A DNA stretch of 64,000 nucleotides from the NCBI GenBank assembly GCA_051362555.1, contig CM120648.1, forward strand, positions 15,806,587-15,870,586, in the 5' to 3' direction. Under the pieces are notes generated by a model, which was not told where the DNA came from, searched no databases, and was given only the letters and a program-made list of their open reading frames with translations. The position numbers and the translations under genes are program-made. Source of the stretch: Lingula anatina. Lineage: Eukaryota > Animalia > Brachiopoda. Numbering within the stretch: the stretch's first letter is position 1; each line of letters begins with the position of its first letter. Below, piece by piece: positions 26,630-40,519 of this stretch.

Positions 26630-28515
26630 CACATGAGAAATTATAATGTGACCATATCCTGTAGGAGTGAATGGCTTGATGAGAAAATTATAATGTGACC
26701 ACATGGGAGTGACTGACCAGAAAAGAAATTATAATGTGACCATATGAGAGTGACTGGCCTCATGAAAAATTATAATGTGACCATATGAGAGTGACTGACC
26801 TCATGAAAAATTATAATGTGACCATATGGGAATGACTGACCTGATGAGAAATTATAATGTGACCATATGAGAGTGACTGACCTCATGAAAAATTATAATG
26901 TGACCATATGGGAGTGACTGACCTGATGAGAAATTATAATGTGACCATATGGGAGTGAATGACCTCATGAGAAAATTATAATGTGACCATGTGGGAGTGA
27001 CTGACCTGATGAGAAAATTATAATATGACCATATGAGAGCGAATGACCTCATAAGAAAATTATAATGTGACCATATGGGAGTGACTGACCTGATGAGAAA
27101 TTATAATATGACCATATGGGAGCGAATGACCTGATGAGAAAATTATAATGTGACCATATGGGAGTGACTGACCTGATGAGGAATTATAATATGACCATAT
27201 GGGAGCGAATGACCTCATGAGAAAATTATAATGTGACCATATGGGAGTGACTGACCTCATGAGAAATTATAATGTGACCATATGAGAGTGACTGACCTGA
27301 TGAAAAATTATAATATGACCATATGGGAGTGACTGACCTGATGAGAAATTATAATGTGGCCATATGGGAGTAAATGACCTCATGAGAAATTATAATGTGA
27401 CCATATGGGAGTGACTGACCTCATGAGAAATTATAATGTGACCATATGGGAGTGAATGACCTGATGAAAAATTATAATGTGACCATATGGGAGTGACTGA
27501 CCTGATGAGAAATTATAATGTGACCATATGGGAGTGAATGACCTCATGAGAAATTATAATGTGACCATATGGGAGTGACTGACCTGATGAGAAAATTATA
27601 ATGTGACCATATGGGAGTGACTGACCTGATAAAAAAAATATAATATGACCATATGAGAGCGAATGACCTCATGAGAAAATTATAATGTGACCATATGGGA
27701 GTGACTGACCTGATGAGGAATTATAATATGACCATATGGGAGCGAATGACCTCATGAGAAAATTATAATGTGACCATATGGGAGTGACTGACCTCATGAG
27801 AAATTATAATGTGACCATATGAGAGTGACTGACCTGATGAAAAATTATAATGTGACCATATGGGAGTGACTGACCTGATGAGAAATTATAATGTGACCAT
27901 ATGGGAGTGAATGACCTGAAAAGAAATTATAATGTGACCATATGAGAGCGTATGACCTCATAAGAAAATTATAATGTGACCATATGGGAGTGACTGACCT
28001 GATGAGGAATTATAATATGACCATATGAGAGAGAATGACCTCATGAGAAAATTATAATATGACCATATGGGAGTGACTGACCTGATGAGAAAATTATAAT
28101 GTGACCATATGGGAGTGACTGACCTGATGAGAAATTATAATATGACCGTATGAGAGCGAATGACCTCATGAGAAAATTATAATATGACCATATGGGAGTG
28201 ACTGACCTGATGAGGAATTATAATATGACCATATGAGAGAGAATGACCTCATGAGAAAATTATAATATGACCATATGGGAGTGACTGACCTGATGAGAAA
28301 ATTATAATGTGACCATATGGGAGTGACTGACCTGATGAGAAATTATAATATGACCGTATGAGAGCGAATGACCTCATGAGAAAATTATAATATGACCATA
28401 TGGGAGTGAATGACCTAACGAGAAAATTATAACATGACCATATGGGAATGGCTATGACCTTATGAGAAAATTATAACATGACCATATGGGAATGACTTTG
28501 ACCTAAAAAGAAAAT
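26630..28515. repeat. 39-40-bp tandem satellite array (~47 units) with two sub-unit variants
   Basis: Consensus GAGAAA(A)TTATAATGTGACCATATGGGAGTGACTGACCTGAT; a variant ...GAGCGAATGACCTCAT often alternates with it. Units degenerate at both edges and there are no unique spacers. Confidence 0.97.
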
Positions 28516-29784
28516 AATAATAATTAAACGGAAATAAAGTGCGAAAAACTGATAAACTTAAATACCTCCTTGTCTTAGAGCTCACAGGGTTTTCAATTTC
28601 TCTAAAACATCGTTAAAAATTATCGAAAGCTAACCAAACGCAAGGAAGCGCCCGCGACTGCAGCGCCGGTCAAGAACACACATCTAAATCGTTCTAACTA
28701 GACCAAACAACAAAGGAAAATTTACTGAAAGAGTTCACCAACTTAATTACCAAAAAAAAAAAAAAAATGCACTCCACTGATTTAAAGAAAGCCACTACGA
28801 CGATTCCCCACCCCCCCAAAACGAACTGTATTTTAGTACTCACTGCCGGGCCGAGTCGGTCATTCTGGGCTATTCTAGGCTAGTCAGTCAGACGACGAGA
28901 TCACCGATCTGCTCTTTTTTTTGGCTGAAGCGTCGCTCTATTTATACTTTTTCGGCCGTTGTCAAGGATTACATCACTGCGTGATCTCCGCGCGCGTAGC
29001 AACCAACGCAAGAAAATGGCTGCGCCCATGTACTCAGGACATATAAACGTTTGCTCGGAAATTATACAGAAAACTGTAATGAAAGACTTTATATCAGCAT
29101 GCAGGTATATCACGATCACTGTCGTGTGTCTACAAGGGCAAAACGGAGACATAAGGACAAGACAAGGAGGTCACAGAACTAATACGCCAATAACATTCGG
29201 CGAGACCGACTTAGCCGTAATACATCGACAGGGCAACGATACTCTGCAGGACAAGGTAGCTGTGAGCCCCATTCAACAAAAATGTACAAAGCCAGATTAT
29301 TACACTATGCTTAATACTACCAAATCTATTAAAGGTAATTTCGGACAATGCCATTTTGTCTACTTCAACTCACACGAAGCAGCCAAACTGTCAGGTGGCC
29401 TGTCCGATCTTCAGCCCACCAAATACCTCAACGCCCTTGTCGACCCTTTTTTCGCTACAGAAAACCTGGTAGTAATGTGCTGCTTTGTACAGAATGTCAC
29501 AGAAATTTTTCGGCCGCCGCCAGCCTTTCGCACAATTGTAAAAAGGTGATATCTCCATGCCAAATATCAATGGCATACCAATCCAAAACGATGGCGCCCG
29601 TTCTCTTTATGACTTTTATTGTTGTGTAATTTGAAAGTAATCCTAGAGATGAATTTGACGGCAAAGTGGATGCATTTCCACGTGGCAAAAATACACGTGG
29701 GCAGAAAGCTCATTTCCTGGCAAATTCAATAACGACATTTGCGACAACCGACTTTGTTGGGGGCTGGGGGGGGGGGGGGGGGGG

Positions 29785-29816
<32 letters not shown>

Positions 29817-30344
29817 AGAACGGGCGAAAATCGGTGCGCGTGCAGGATGCCATCCATAAAATTAAAAAAGTGTGGCCTAACGTTGGTATTGTTACAACTG
29901 TGACGAGGTCGTTGTCTTTATCTTTTGCTGTTACGCGATGTAATAAATGCAACTCTGTTATAATATATATATAATGGCTCATATTATTTATTAACTACTT
30001 CCCAGTTGGTTCCCGTGCCGCTTGCTTTTCATTTCTATATGTAACTCATGCAATCTTCAGCGGCCTTCTCTCTGTTTACACTACACGCAGTTGTATGAGT
30101 ATCATAAGGGCATGTCAGTCCACTCACTTACTCTACAAAACACTCTCTGCTCCTTCTTCATTCGCAGCTGTCAATTACTAACATCACTCAACACAAATCT
30201 GATTTGCGTCATCCGGCTTTACACTCCATGTAGACCCAAACACAGCAACTATATCTTTTTTTTTCAGAGACCAACGCTACTAACTCATTTCGTTTAGAAT
30301 GAGATATATCAGTTGTCGATTTTGTTTTCGGTGTTTATGAATAC

Positions 30345-30452
30345 CACATTCTATGTACTAGAGCAAGTTCTAAGAGCATTCACATTCTATGTACTAGAGC
30401 AAGTTCTAAGAGCATTCACATTCTATGTACTAGAGTAAGTTCTAAGAGCATT
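30345..30452. repeat. 36-bp tandem repeat, 3 copies
   Basis: CACATTCTATGTACTAGAG(C/T)AAGTTCTAAGAGCATT at 30345, 30381 and 30417. Confidence 0.95.
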
Positions 30453-31641
30453 TTCTATTTCTGTTTGTGTTCTTTGACATTGTACTACAAATACAAGAAA
30501 AATTCCAGACCACCATGTACATGTAGCAAAACCATTGGTCTCGATCTCACCTCTAAAAGTGCCATTTATACAGAAAGATTAGAAACAAAAACAGAAAAAA
30601 AAATGTCTGACTGTACCCACCGTGCACACGATATTTTTAATTTCTTACCGAGTAGCTGTAGAATTTAAAGTTTTAAAGGACCAAAAAGGTTTTATAAATA
30701 TGTTTTAAACCATCTGCTGTCTTTCATTTTATCAACAAAAATGTTTTTAGCAACTGTATTTTTTAGAAACTATATTGCTACCTTATAGTTTAAACATTTA
30801 CCCAAATAGCAAGCTAATTGTCGTTATAAGTGAATTTTAATTTTTATATCAATGGCTACATAAACTCTTATCGTATCTTTTACTGCACTGAATAACATAA
30901 CGTGGTCTGATCTTCCACCTCTCTCTCTACCTCACATGTTTGTTTATCTGTGTAAGCAAATAAAAGGATTTACAAGAAAACCCTTCGGTTTGTCACGTCT
31001 TGAGAAAGTGAAATGTCGTCTGCAGCACGTCGTTCAATCGTGCCCTCACTGTTGGCGTTTGATGACAGGTTGATACCGGTTCTGGCAGGACGTTGGCTGC
31101 TTCAACCTGCCGGATGAGATACGAGAGTTGTTTGCATTAGCCTACTGTTTACTACAGTGCCATGTTATAGACGTTGTATGACACATCAGTCAAGAACAAA
31201 TAGAAGTGCGAGAGATCTCGAGCTACGTAGAAACCTATACCCTGGAGAAGCGAGAGGAGGACTTTATTATGAAAACCAACCGTAACATTAGTAGTAGCAT
31301 AGAAAGTCAGAAATTAATTAATCAATTAATTAATCTATTTATTTAAGTTGTTGTTTATAACACGGTAGTGTTATACAATTTGTCTCTGCCTTTAAATCAC
31401 ATTTTCAATCACGGAAGAGAAACCAAAATTAGAAACAAATATCTCAGTAGAGTAATTTATTTAAGTAATTGAAGATACACCCCTTCCAGATGACAGAAAA
31501 TGGAAACCCGGTGCCGACTCTAAAATTGTAGAAATACTTTGGCCTCATTATAGTCATTTCGCTCTTTTGATCTCTTCCACCAAAAACAGTCACTACACCT
31601 GGGGAAATTTCAGTTGAGGCCATTCCCAGGTCCGAGCGTTA

Positions 31642-32007
31642 TGTAACCTTCCTACCCGGAGAACATATCCGTGTTCAGGGCTACTATGAAATGTAATATA
31701 GTCCCTGTATTTAGTTTTCTGATACTTCCTATTAATCACGTATGTTACCTTTAGTTCCCTTATTATTCCTATAAATTACACACATTTAGTGATAGTGATT
31801 GGACACGCAGGACTTAGAGCGATTCCCTATAAAATGAGGGCTTCTCAGTTAGTGGGAGAGAGACCCCGGGAGATCGTCGTGACTGTCCCTGCCTGCGTGC
31901 CAGATTGTAGCCCGTCAACAAATAAAGATCTTCATGAGATACCATTGATGTCTTCGGTGTTTTCAAGTTTGCTACCCGCTCACAATTAAGTAACCAGCCG
32001 GGTTACA
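31642..32007 (+). mobile_element. Probable solo LTR
   Basis: Termini TGTAACC ... GGTTACA form a perfect 7-bp inverted repeat; internal TATAAAA at 31828 is followed by AATAAA at 31921. Flanks CGTTA / TGTTG could be a decayed 5-bp TSD. Confidence 0.55.
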
Positions 32008-35000
32008 TGTTGTCATTCTTCTTCTTATGATTATCTATTATTGTTACTATTTAAAAGTTACAATTAGCAAGTTTAAGTGATGTGTAAGTAATCATTATCA
32101 CTCCTTCTCAGTATACATGTATAGGTCCATTTAAAGAAATAAAAAAGTGAAAAATGAAGTTTTCTTCAGGACTCTGAAGACAGAAATTGATAAATCTAGG
32201 ATTTTTGTTAAGTCTTTATTTTTTAATTCATGTCTTGTTTGTATGGGTTCGAACTAACGAAAGATTTAAAAATAACAACATTTTTGCACAATATTTGCAC
32301 GCCATTAATACTAACAAAAATTATAGAGGTACATGCGTATTACTAGATGCACATTTATTTAACTGTTAAATTTAGTCCTCACCATCAAGATATAATTCAC
32401 AATGCCTGGCAACGAAGGTTTGCAAATTACTTTCTATTAGAATGCAATTATGCAGCGTTTCGTCTAAAGCTTTTTACTGCACCCTGTCACCATATTCTCT
32501 TGCTAAAATGGATAAAACTAAATTGAACATTCTAACAATTTCTAAAATATAAAAAAAATCAAGCAACTAATTTAAACTAATGACGTGCACCAAAAAGGTA
32601 ACAAATGTTTTTCAATTTTTAAAAATCCGGGGCCACCATGAAAGCAGCCGTTTGCTATTTATTGAGTTATTTGAGATAAACATTCAAGACATTTTCTGAG
32701 ACATTAAAAACCATACTCGCTTCCTGGCCTGTTGCAGGTTATCTTCTTCAGCAAAAAATTACCTAGACCGAATATCAGATCGTTCTGTGGGTGACAGTAA
32801 CGAAGGTATAAAATTAAGTCCGTTTTTTTCTGTGTGTGTGTGTGTGAGAGAACGGACACATCTAGTTATCGTAATTTTTATTTTCTAAGTTACTAGACTG
32901 ATGTTAGTTAAGTTCCACTTGGACAAAAGACACTTCCGCGCTTACTTTTAATAAAATAAGCAAATTGTTAAAAGGACCTTCATACTGAGAATGGGTGTAT
33001 GAGCGGATAATGGGTATATTACTACCTGTTATTGCAATAATCCAGAAATTATTTGCTGCACAAATCAGACAAAATCACTGTAAACCAGCTCAAGTGATGA
33101 CTAAATATAGCATTCCACTATGAATAGCAAGAGGTTCTGATTTCATGCTTATTGGGATATTGCATGAACTCCGTCTCAGTACAGGTGGAACATATGAAAC
33201 GGGATGATTTTCCAAACAAGTCACTATCAGAATTCGATAAGTTCACATTTGCCAGCTAATATGTAAACTTTGATTTATAGACACTAGCACATGGTAATAT
33301 GACGTCATACGTGCAAGGTACGGACAGTAAAGGTATCTTAAGTGTTGTAAATAGGAGTGCACGTGAAAAGTGTGTGAGTGTGTGTGGGTGTGTTCGTGAT
33401 ATGATTGATAATATGTGTCATTTAATAAAGGGATTATTTCGTTTCTGAGATTTATTAATTTATAAGATATTTAGGACGTTTTTTTTTTTTTTAGAAATAA
33501 ATAAAAGGTCCAGGGACAGGTAGCAAACAAGTACACGCGAATGTTTTTTTTTTTTTTTTTTTTTTTTTTATTGACACAATACATCAAGAAAACATGACAA
33601 TACAAATACAAACAAACAGACACTCGCTCACACACTCACACATAACAAATGTTATACTATATAACACTTTTTAGTTAATTACATCGTCGTACGCTAAATC
33701 TTCAAATTGAAAACACGCGAATGTTATTGGCGGACGGGTTCCCTTTCAACAAATACTCAGACTACGTCTTAAAGAAATCGCTCTCACATATGTTCCCGTC
33801 TTCAAATATAATTCACTCTCGTCCCTGTGCCATGGCGATGTCTGACTGACCACAACAGTGGACAATGGTCACATACTATAAGCCAGCCTTCGGACCCCTC
33901 AACAGTATGTTCCATACGAGGTCATTATACGAAAATCGTTGCCACCCAGTGAATTAAATAGGATAAGATCTTCCTTGAGGCATTTAGATCGAACTTTTAC
34001 CGCTCGCTCTCAGTTTAGTGTGAACGCGGCCATGTCTCTTGTGCAAACTCCTGTTTACACCACCAGACGCTAATCATGATGTCAACGATACTTTGTGAAG
34101 AAAACATTGACATAGTTGCATAATGTTTTGCCGATAGAACTGAAAGGACGACTCATGGTTTATTGTAATTCGCGTAAATCATTGAACAACTTAAGTGGAT
34201 AAAGTGCATATATGTTGTATGTTGTGCTATTTTGTGCCTTTTGATACCGAATTATTTTTGCAATCAATTTCGTATTGGAACCCTACTCAAAATACCGTTG
34301 CCAAACTATGAAAGGCTTAAGGGAAGGCATTTTATTGACAATAATATTTATTCAAAACTGCAACTAAACTAAAAACAAAATGAAATACCCAAACGGTATG
34401 CAACACGTGCGAACAAAATTGATAATCTCCGCAAAGGCACCCAGTGATCATCATTAACTAATTAGATCATGTACAAATTCCTGTGTCAGTAAATGTTGCT
34501 GTTCATGAAAAAAAGGGGAAATCGATTAATTTTTCAAGACCAATTAGACCACTCATTACTCATTATTTATTTTCTACTGATATTTTATTTCTTTATTTAT
34601 ACTATGTATAATGGTCTAACATGTCAGATAACTAGGAAGGGATGTCTCGTGTTGTCCCCAAACAAATGTCATGACCTACTGTGGCGTTATTTCGCAACAC
34701 TGTCTAAGTTAGTACGATAGCACTTCTAGAATGTTCATTAACGTGTAAGTCCTGATTCCCAGTTAAACGATGAATGGCATCGGTTGACATGCGTTTTCCA
34801 ATGAGAATTGAGAGCTGAGATCAAGGAAACAAAAATGATATTAGGCACCTCTTTTGATAAGCGCTGTTGCAGTATATTCCAGTTCGAACTGCGTCAGTGC
34901 CAATTATCTACACACGCGGTTGACATTAAACTTAAGTATCCAATGGCGTTGAAGCAGTGCATTTGCAAGGGGAGAGAGCCTCAGATTAACACAACAGTAA

Positions 35001-35138
35001 CACGTTGCTTAACACAGCTGTTCTGCTTTAATTGACTAACTCAACGTATTTGGTTGTTAAATTAAGTGCTAAAAATCCCTCAAGTTTTTCTAATATAATA
35101 GGCACCAGCTACTCACAGGTTAAAACGCGAAGTTTGCA

Positions 35139-37716
35139 ATGCCTCCAAACAGTCGCTATGTTACCTGCGCACACGAGGACGGCAGCGCCACTCCTCTTCT
35201 CCTTGCACAGCCAGGGAAGACTCATAGAAGCAAATGGAAACCCGTCTCCCAGCTAGTAATCCTATCTCTTGTCTACATGATCGGATACGCCCCATTCGAC
35301 ACTATGTGGAACCTGGAAGGAATATTGTTTCCAGAGTACGGCTACTACGCTTTGATGTGCACGTACCTTGGCTCTTTCCTCATCTTCTTAGTCGGACCAT
35401 TCCTCACTCGGAAACTTGGATCGAAGGGGTCCATTATGTTAGGTTGGGTCGCCCAGGCGGCTTATGTTGCAGCTCACTTCTATATTCAGCCGTACCTGCT
35501 GTACACCGTATGCATCCTCTTCGGCACTGGTAGGTTTAACTTTTGCTGTGTATTTAAATAGGTATTTTGTTTCCCTTTTCCCTTTTTATTTATATTTATT
35601 CGCGTCTGTCTGCCCTTTTTTATGTGTTTTAATTTTTATGTATTCAATGGTATTTTTCCTTTTGCCTCTCTCTCTCTCAAACAAATGCGGTATTACAGAA
35701 ATTAAAAAAAAAATGAAAAAATGAATTGCAATAAACAGTATTCATATAAAAATTACATAATAGGCAATAATGATATCTGAAAATAAGGTGTATTTTTTTC
35801 AGCCCACTGCCAATCCACGATATCAACTGGCGTGTATGTGACACACCTGGCCATGGACTATGCCGATATAACCCACGACACACCCCATCACGCCTTGGGT
35901 CTTTTTCAGGGCGTTTTCTTCACCGTATACCTTCTCAGCGGCGTCTGGGGAAACCTGGTTTCTTCTCTAGTTTTGGTCAAACCGATCGAGTTCGATGGCA
36001 ATTCCACCACTCCAAACTCTAAAAACCTGTCCAGTTTGTGTGGACCTAATTTCTGCCACTTTGAAGACACCAGCGGGACCTACATACGGCAACCAGACCA
36101 GATCACAGTGTATATACTATTGGGGTCCTTCATCGGGATGTCGGCACTGGCTTTATTTACAACAGGGGCGTTCCTGGAGAATGCTGCGGCTAAGAGTGGA
36201 GACGCTGTCCAAAGCGTTAAGGAATTTGGCGCCAAGATCATCGGTCTACTGTGGTACAAGAAGATGCTCCTTCTTCTTCCTGGTATTTTCCTATTCAGCA
36301 TCAGCCAGTATTTTATCCATTCAGAATTCACTAAGGTAACAAATCACTAACAGTTAAAAAAAATACTATGATTTGCTGTTGTTTGCATAATATTTTTTCT
36401 AATTTATATGCACCGACAACTGCTTATTTTTGATTGCCCTGACACTTTTTTCCTAAGGTGAATAGAATGCTACAAGGAAAATGTTCTATAAAAAAATAAG
36501 TAAATGCATTCGTTATATAAGCACGCCTTTACTTTCAACACATTTCTTGTACTTCTTTAACAGATCACTTCATATTAAGACAGTAATTGATTTCATACAT
36601 AAGCTGACATGTTTATTCTCATCGTGCAAAAATACACCAACCACCAAAAATTAAATCCACCAACCACTTTCATTTTCCAGGCTTTTGTTAGCTGTGAACT
36701 GGGCATAGAATACAATGGTTGGTCCATCATCTGTTTCGCCATGGGTGATTTCTTTGGTTCTGTCGTCAATGGGCGATTAGTGAAATACGTCGGCATGGCG
36801 TTCCTTTTCCTCGTAGCTGCCGCTACAGACTTTGTCTGCCTATTCAGTATGCTGTTTTTCCACTTTTCGAGGGAAACGGTGGAGTTTTTCTTTCTGGTGC
36901 CATTTTTCTGGGGACTGGCGGATTCTATCTGGGCTGTGCAGATAACAGGTGAGTCGATTAAATAAGTACAACAAGCAGGAGAACAAAACGATTGGTTTTC
37001 TTTCACTTCTTGTTTTGAAGATTTTTTTCCACACAGGGCCTATGTATCCCTATATCTCCCTTAAATATTTTCAGCGTCGTTTCCGGTTTTTTCGGTTTGG
37101 CGCGTGAAGATCTTTTGTTAATTGAAGATCGGTGCCACGCGATGTAAGACAAGACACCGAAATACTGACTTTGATTGTCCATGACACAAAGCAGAACATG
37201 TAGTTGTGTATTTTTAAAAGAAAGTTTCATGAAACAAAACCCAAATTACCATACCTTAAAATATTACCTTATTTTGGGATGATGTCCAGAAACAAACAGT
37301 GTTCTAAACAGAAAAGAAAAAAAAAACAAAAAAATAGAGGTATAAAATATCGTTTTTAAATAGATTTTCAACCTCTTTTCTAGCAGAAAAAACTGTACAT
37401 TTTTTTTGTCAAAATAAAATTTTCGCATTTATCTTTACCTTTCCAAACATCGCCTATTTGTTTTTATAACGAATTATAAATGTCCATTTTTCCAGCTTAC
37501 ATTGGAAAGTTATTCCCGGACGAGAAGTGGCCAGCGTTCTTAATCCAGCGCAGCTCCATGTATGCCCTTACTGCTCTTCTCTTCGCCATCACCAACTTCA
37601 TTTGTCTTAACGCCATGATCTACACCGTTATGGGAATAATAACCTGTGGACTGGTCTGCTTGACGGCCTTCGAGCTCCTGCATCGGCACGGAAAGAAACA
37701 CTATACAGCTATATAG
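35139..37716 (+). CDS. UNC93A-like: UNC93-family MFS membrane protein, copy 2 (~470 aa, intact)
   Basis: Exons 35139-35529, 35803-36335, 36681-36948 and 37496-37716; GT-AG boundaries, phases 1,0,1; same motifs as copy 1 (VWGNLVSSLVL, LCGPNFC, EFTK-AFVSCELG, GRLVKYVG). Confidence 0.9.
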
Positions 37717-38878
37717 TGGACTCTGACTTAAGAGGGGGAGGGGGAGATAATCTGTTGCCATATTTGATCTTATTATTGCATTTCTTTATGACTTTTATTT
37801 ATTTAGAGTCTGTCCAAAGGCTTGCATTGAGGACAGTTTTTTTCTTCATTGCATTATGCTGAAGCTCTGACTATGCCCAATGTGCTTGATTTAGATAAAC
37901 GAAGAGATCTGTGCAAAACTTGCTTTTACAAAATTTCTGAACACTCTGCCCAACTGAATCATATTTTAATTGAGCAGATCAAACGATGGATATAATGTCT
38001 AAATATCCACCAGTCAAATGAAGGATTTTATCCCTTGTTCCCTTGTGAAGCAGCCTTAAAACGCAGAGAATTCTTCTAACTTGGACTCATTGAAACAAAA
38101 AGTATTACATTGATATTGCAGTACTCACTAACACTTTATGTGCAATTTCAAACCACTGGATTGCAATTTTATCGATATATTATTTATTCATTTATCTTTT
38201 TATTTATATAGTTATTTGCGAACGTATCCCACTCTTCTTAAAATCAAAAAGACTATTTGTCAATCTTTCTAATAAGGTAAAGGTCGAAGTAATGTATTTA
38301 ACTTAGTGGAAAATACATCACTCACACAGCTGCGGGTGACATATGCATGGGGCTGTAACTCGATAATAACGCAACGCAAAGCTTTAATGTTTCACACATT
38401 TAATAAATTCATAAAGGTGATTAATTGTAGGTAAAACGAGTGTGTTCAAGAGGAACCCAACCTTGCCACTTTTTGGCCGGATTGTCTGATAGTAAGAAAA
38501 ACTTGCACTTAAGTAAAATGCTTAACGGTGAAGGAAATGCACACCTTATCTATTTGAAGTATTTAATGAAATGCAATAAACCTTGACTCTTTGCACCAGT
38601 TTAATCTAATAGATATCATTAAATACACAGTCAATATTTACTTCAGTCGAATATGTTAACATGGTAAGTGTCTGGTAATGTTTACAGGCTGAGAGTTTAC
38701 GCACAAGGCAGGGTCACATTCACATTACTGAGACAAAGCAACAAAGGTTCGCTCCGTCAAGGGGAAACGAATGGCGTATAAAAACGTACGGGGAGTAGGG
38801 TTGAGGGGTACGGATAGCTGGAAAAAAGCCTGGGCCAATGACTTGGTCATCGTCCACTGATGTGGCCAGTCAGGCCCA

Positions 38879-38949
<71 letters not shown>

Positions 38950-40270
38950 AATATATAAGATTAACAATTCAGTTGCCTGGCTTAGTTGAGTGCGGTAACA
39001 CCATTCCTGATAGAGTAACATGTTTGAATGTGTTCAGGTAATGTTGGAAACAAATAAGTTAGATAGGGAAACGAACTGATTTACCTTTCACTTTTTGTTT
39101 GTGAAATTGAGGCCTGGATGTCGTCACATCACATACAAGACAAGCGTGATCCAGACCTTGCAGAGGGAACTCACAAGACGAACCACACTTACCTTTTCCC
39201 TATCTATCATGAGTGTTTGTTGGAATAGAACCCGTCTGTAGATAATGTCCTCGTACACTTGTCTGTCACTCTGTCTGGTTCAACCTTGACTAATATTTCT
39301 CCTTCTTGTTCAGACATGTCGACACCATGACTTCATTTGTTCCTTTTTAAGCATTACCCGTCCTCATAAAACAACAAAAGCTCTGCAAATTGCTGTTAAA
39401 ACCGTTTATTTGATATGCGCAAAATCACTTTTATACCACATGAGTTATCTGGAAAACCTTCTGGAATATGTGATAGGGAGCATGCATGGCGGTTTATAAT
39501 AGCAACATGTGGAAGTGGCCTAGAAATCAGCGCTGTCAATGACTAAAAGGTGACCCTTACGTCTAACGCCAATGAAACACTATCATGTTTGTTTTAATGG
39601 AGTGTATTTTCATAACATATCGATGCTTTCAGCTCTTCGATCAAAGCGAGATCCTAAATTCTTATAAATCAGACGTCATAGTCGACTTTTTATTGATTGA
39701 CCAATGCGCCATTATATTTGTACAGTGAACAAATGTGCTGGTTATGAGGTTGAAATCATTTGAAGAAAAGAGTTACACTCTGTTTTTTTTTTTTTTTTTC
39801 TATAAAAGATAAATTGACATTTTTGCAGTTATGAAATGCTTCGCAGGGAAATTAAATAACGTAATAAGATTGACATTTCAAAATTTCGTACAAAATGCTT
39901 AATACTTTATTTTAAATTAGCCATTGTTTTTAAACGGCCGATACAGAACATATCAACAGGCATACAGGAATAGATGGAGCTGCAATCGCATTGCATTGTT
40001 CATAAAATAGTTTTTTAATGATGTTAGAAGGGCTTTTTTTTTGCAGCCAACCTCATGTTCACGCCAACAGGTAATAACCGTGTACTTTAACAGCTTTTGA
40101 CTGGAGTGAATAAGACACTGAACTGCAGGATATCTTGATTGAATAATACAAAGAGTCAAGGTTTATTGATAAAAGATTCTTGATTAGAGGTAAGTTCAAA
40201 TTAATATAAGACCTGCCGAATGTTGAAAAAAAGGAGAAAGTATTCAAAACCGCTTTAAAAAAAGATAAAA

Positions 40271-40309
<39 letters not shown>

Positions 40310-40519
40310 ATATAAAGGGCACACAGTTTTTCAATTTAAATGTTTTGTAAAAAAAATAAATAAATAAAATCAACACGTCTTTTAGAACAAAGACAATAGT
40401 TTTAAAGAGCTTGGAATATCATTGTGAATGAAACAAATTAATATATTAAAAATGCAAAATAAGAAATAAAATGAAATATGCCAACAGATTACCCCCACCC
40501 CCACCCCACCCACAGTCCA

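Larger units (their letters stand above)
24311..29877. mobile_element. 5.6-kb non-autonomous TIR element (Zator- or PIF/Harbinger-like)
   Basis: 34-bp TIRs GGCCACACTTTTTTA(T/A)TTTTATGGATG(A/G)CATCCT with 2 mismatches, GG...CC termini and TAA duplicated on both sides (24308-24310, 29878-29880). No transposase recognised inside. Confidence 0.8.

Noticed and set aside
26630-28515. CRISPR array
   Set aside because: Units are contiguous ~40-bp repeats with no unique spacers, there are no cas genes, and the context is eukaryotic; it is a satellite.
28959-29549. 196-aa ORF as a gene or transposase
   Set aside because: TTG start, no recognisable motif and no splice support; it lies in the subterminal region of the TIR element.
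38700-39330. 3' end of a LINE on the minus strand next to (TAAA)n
   Set aside because: Resemblance is too degenerate to support by eye.
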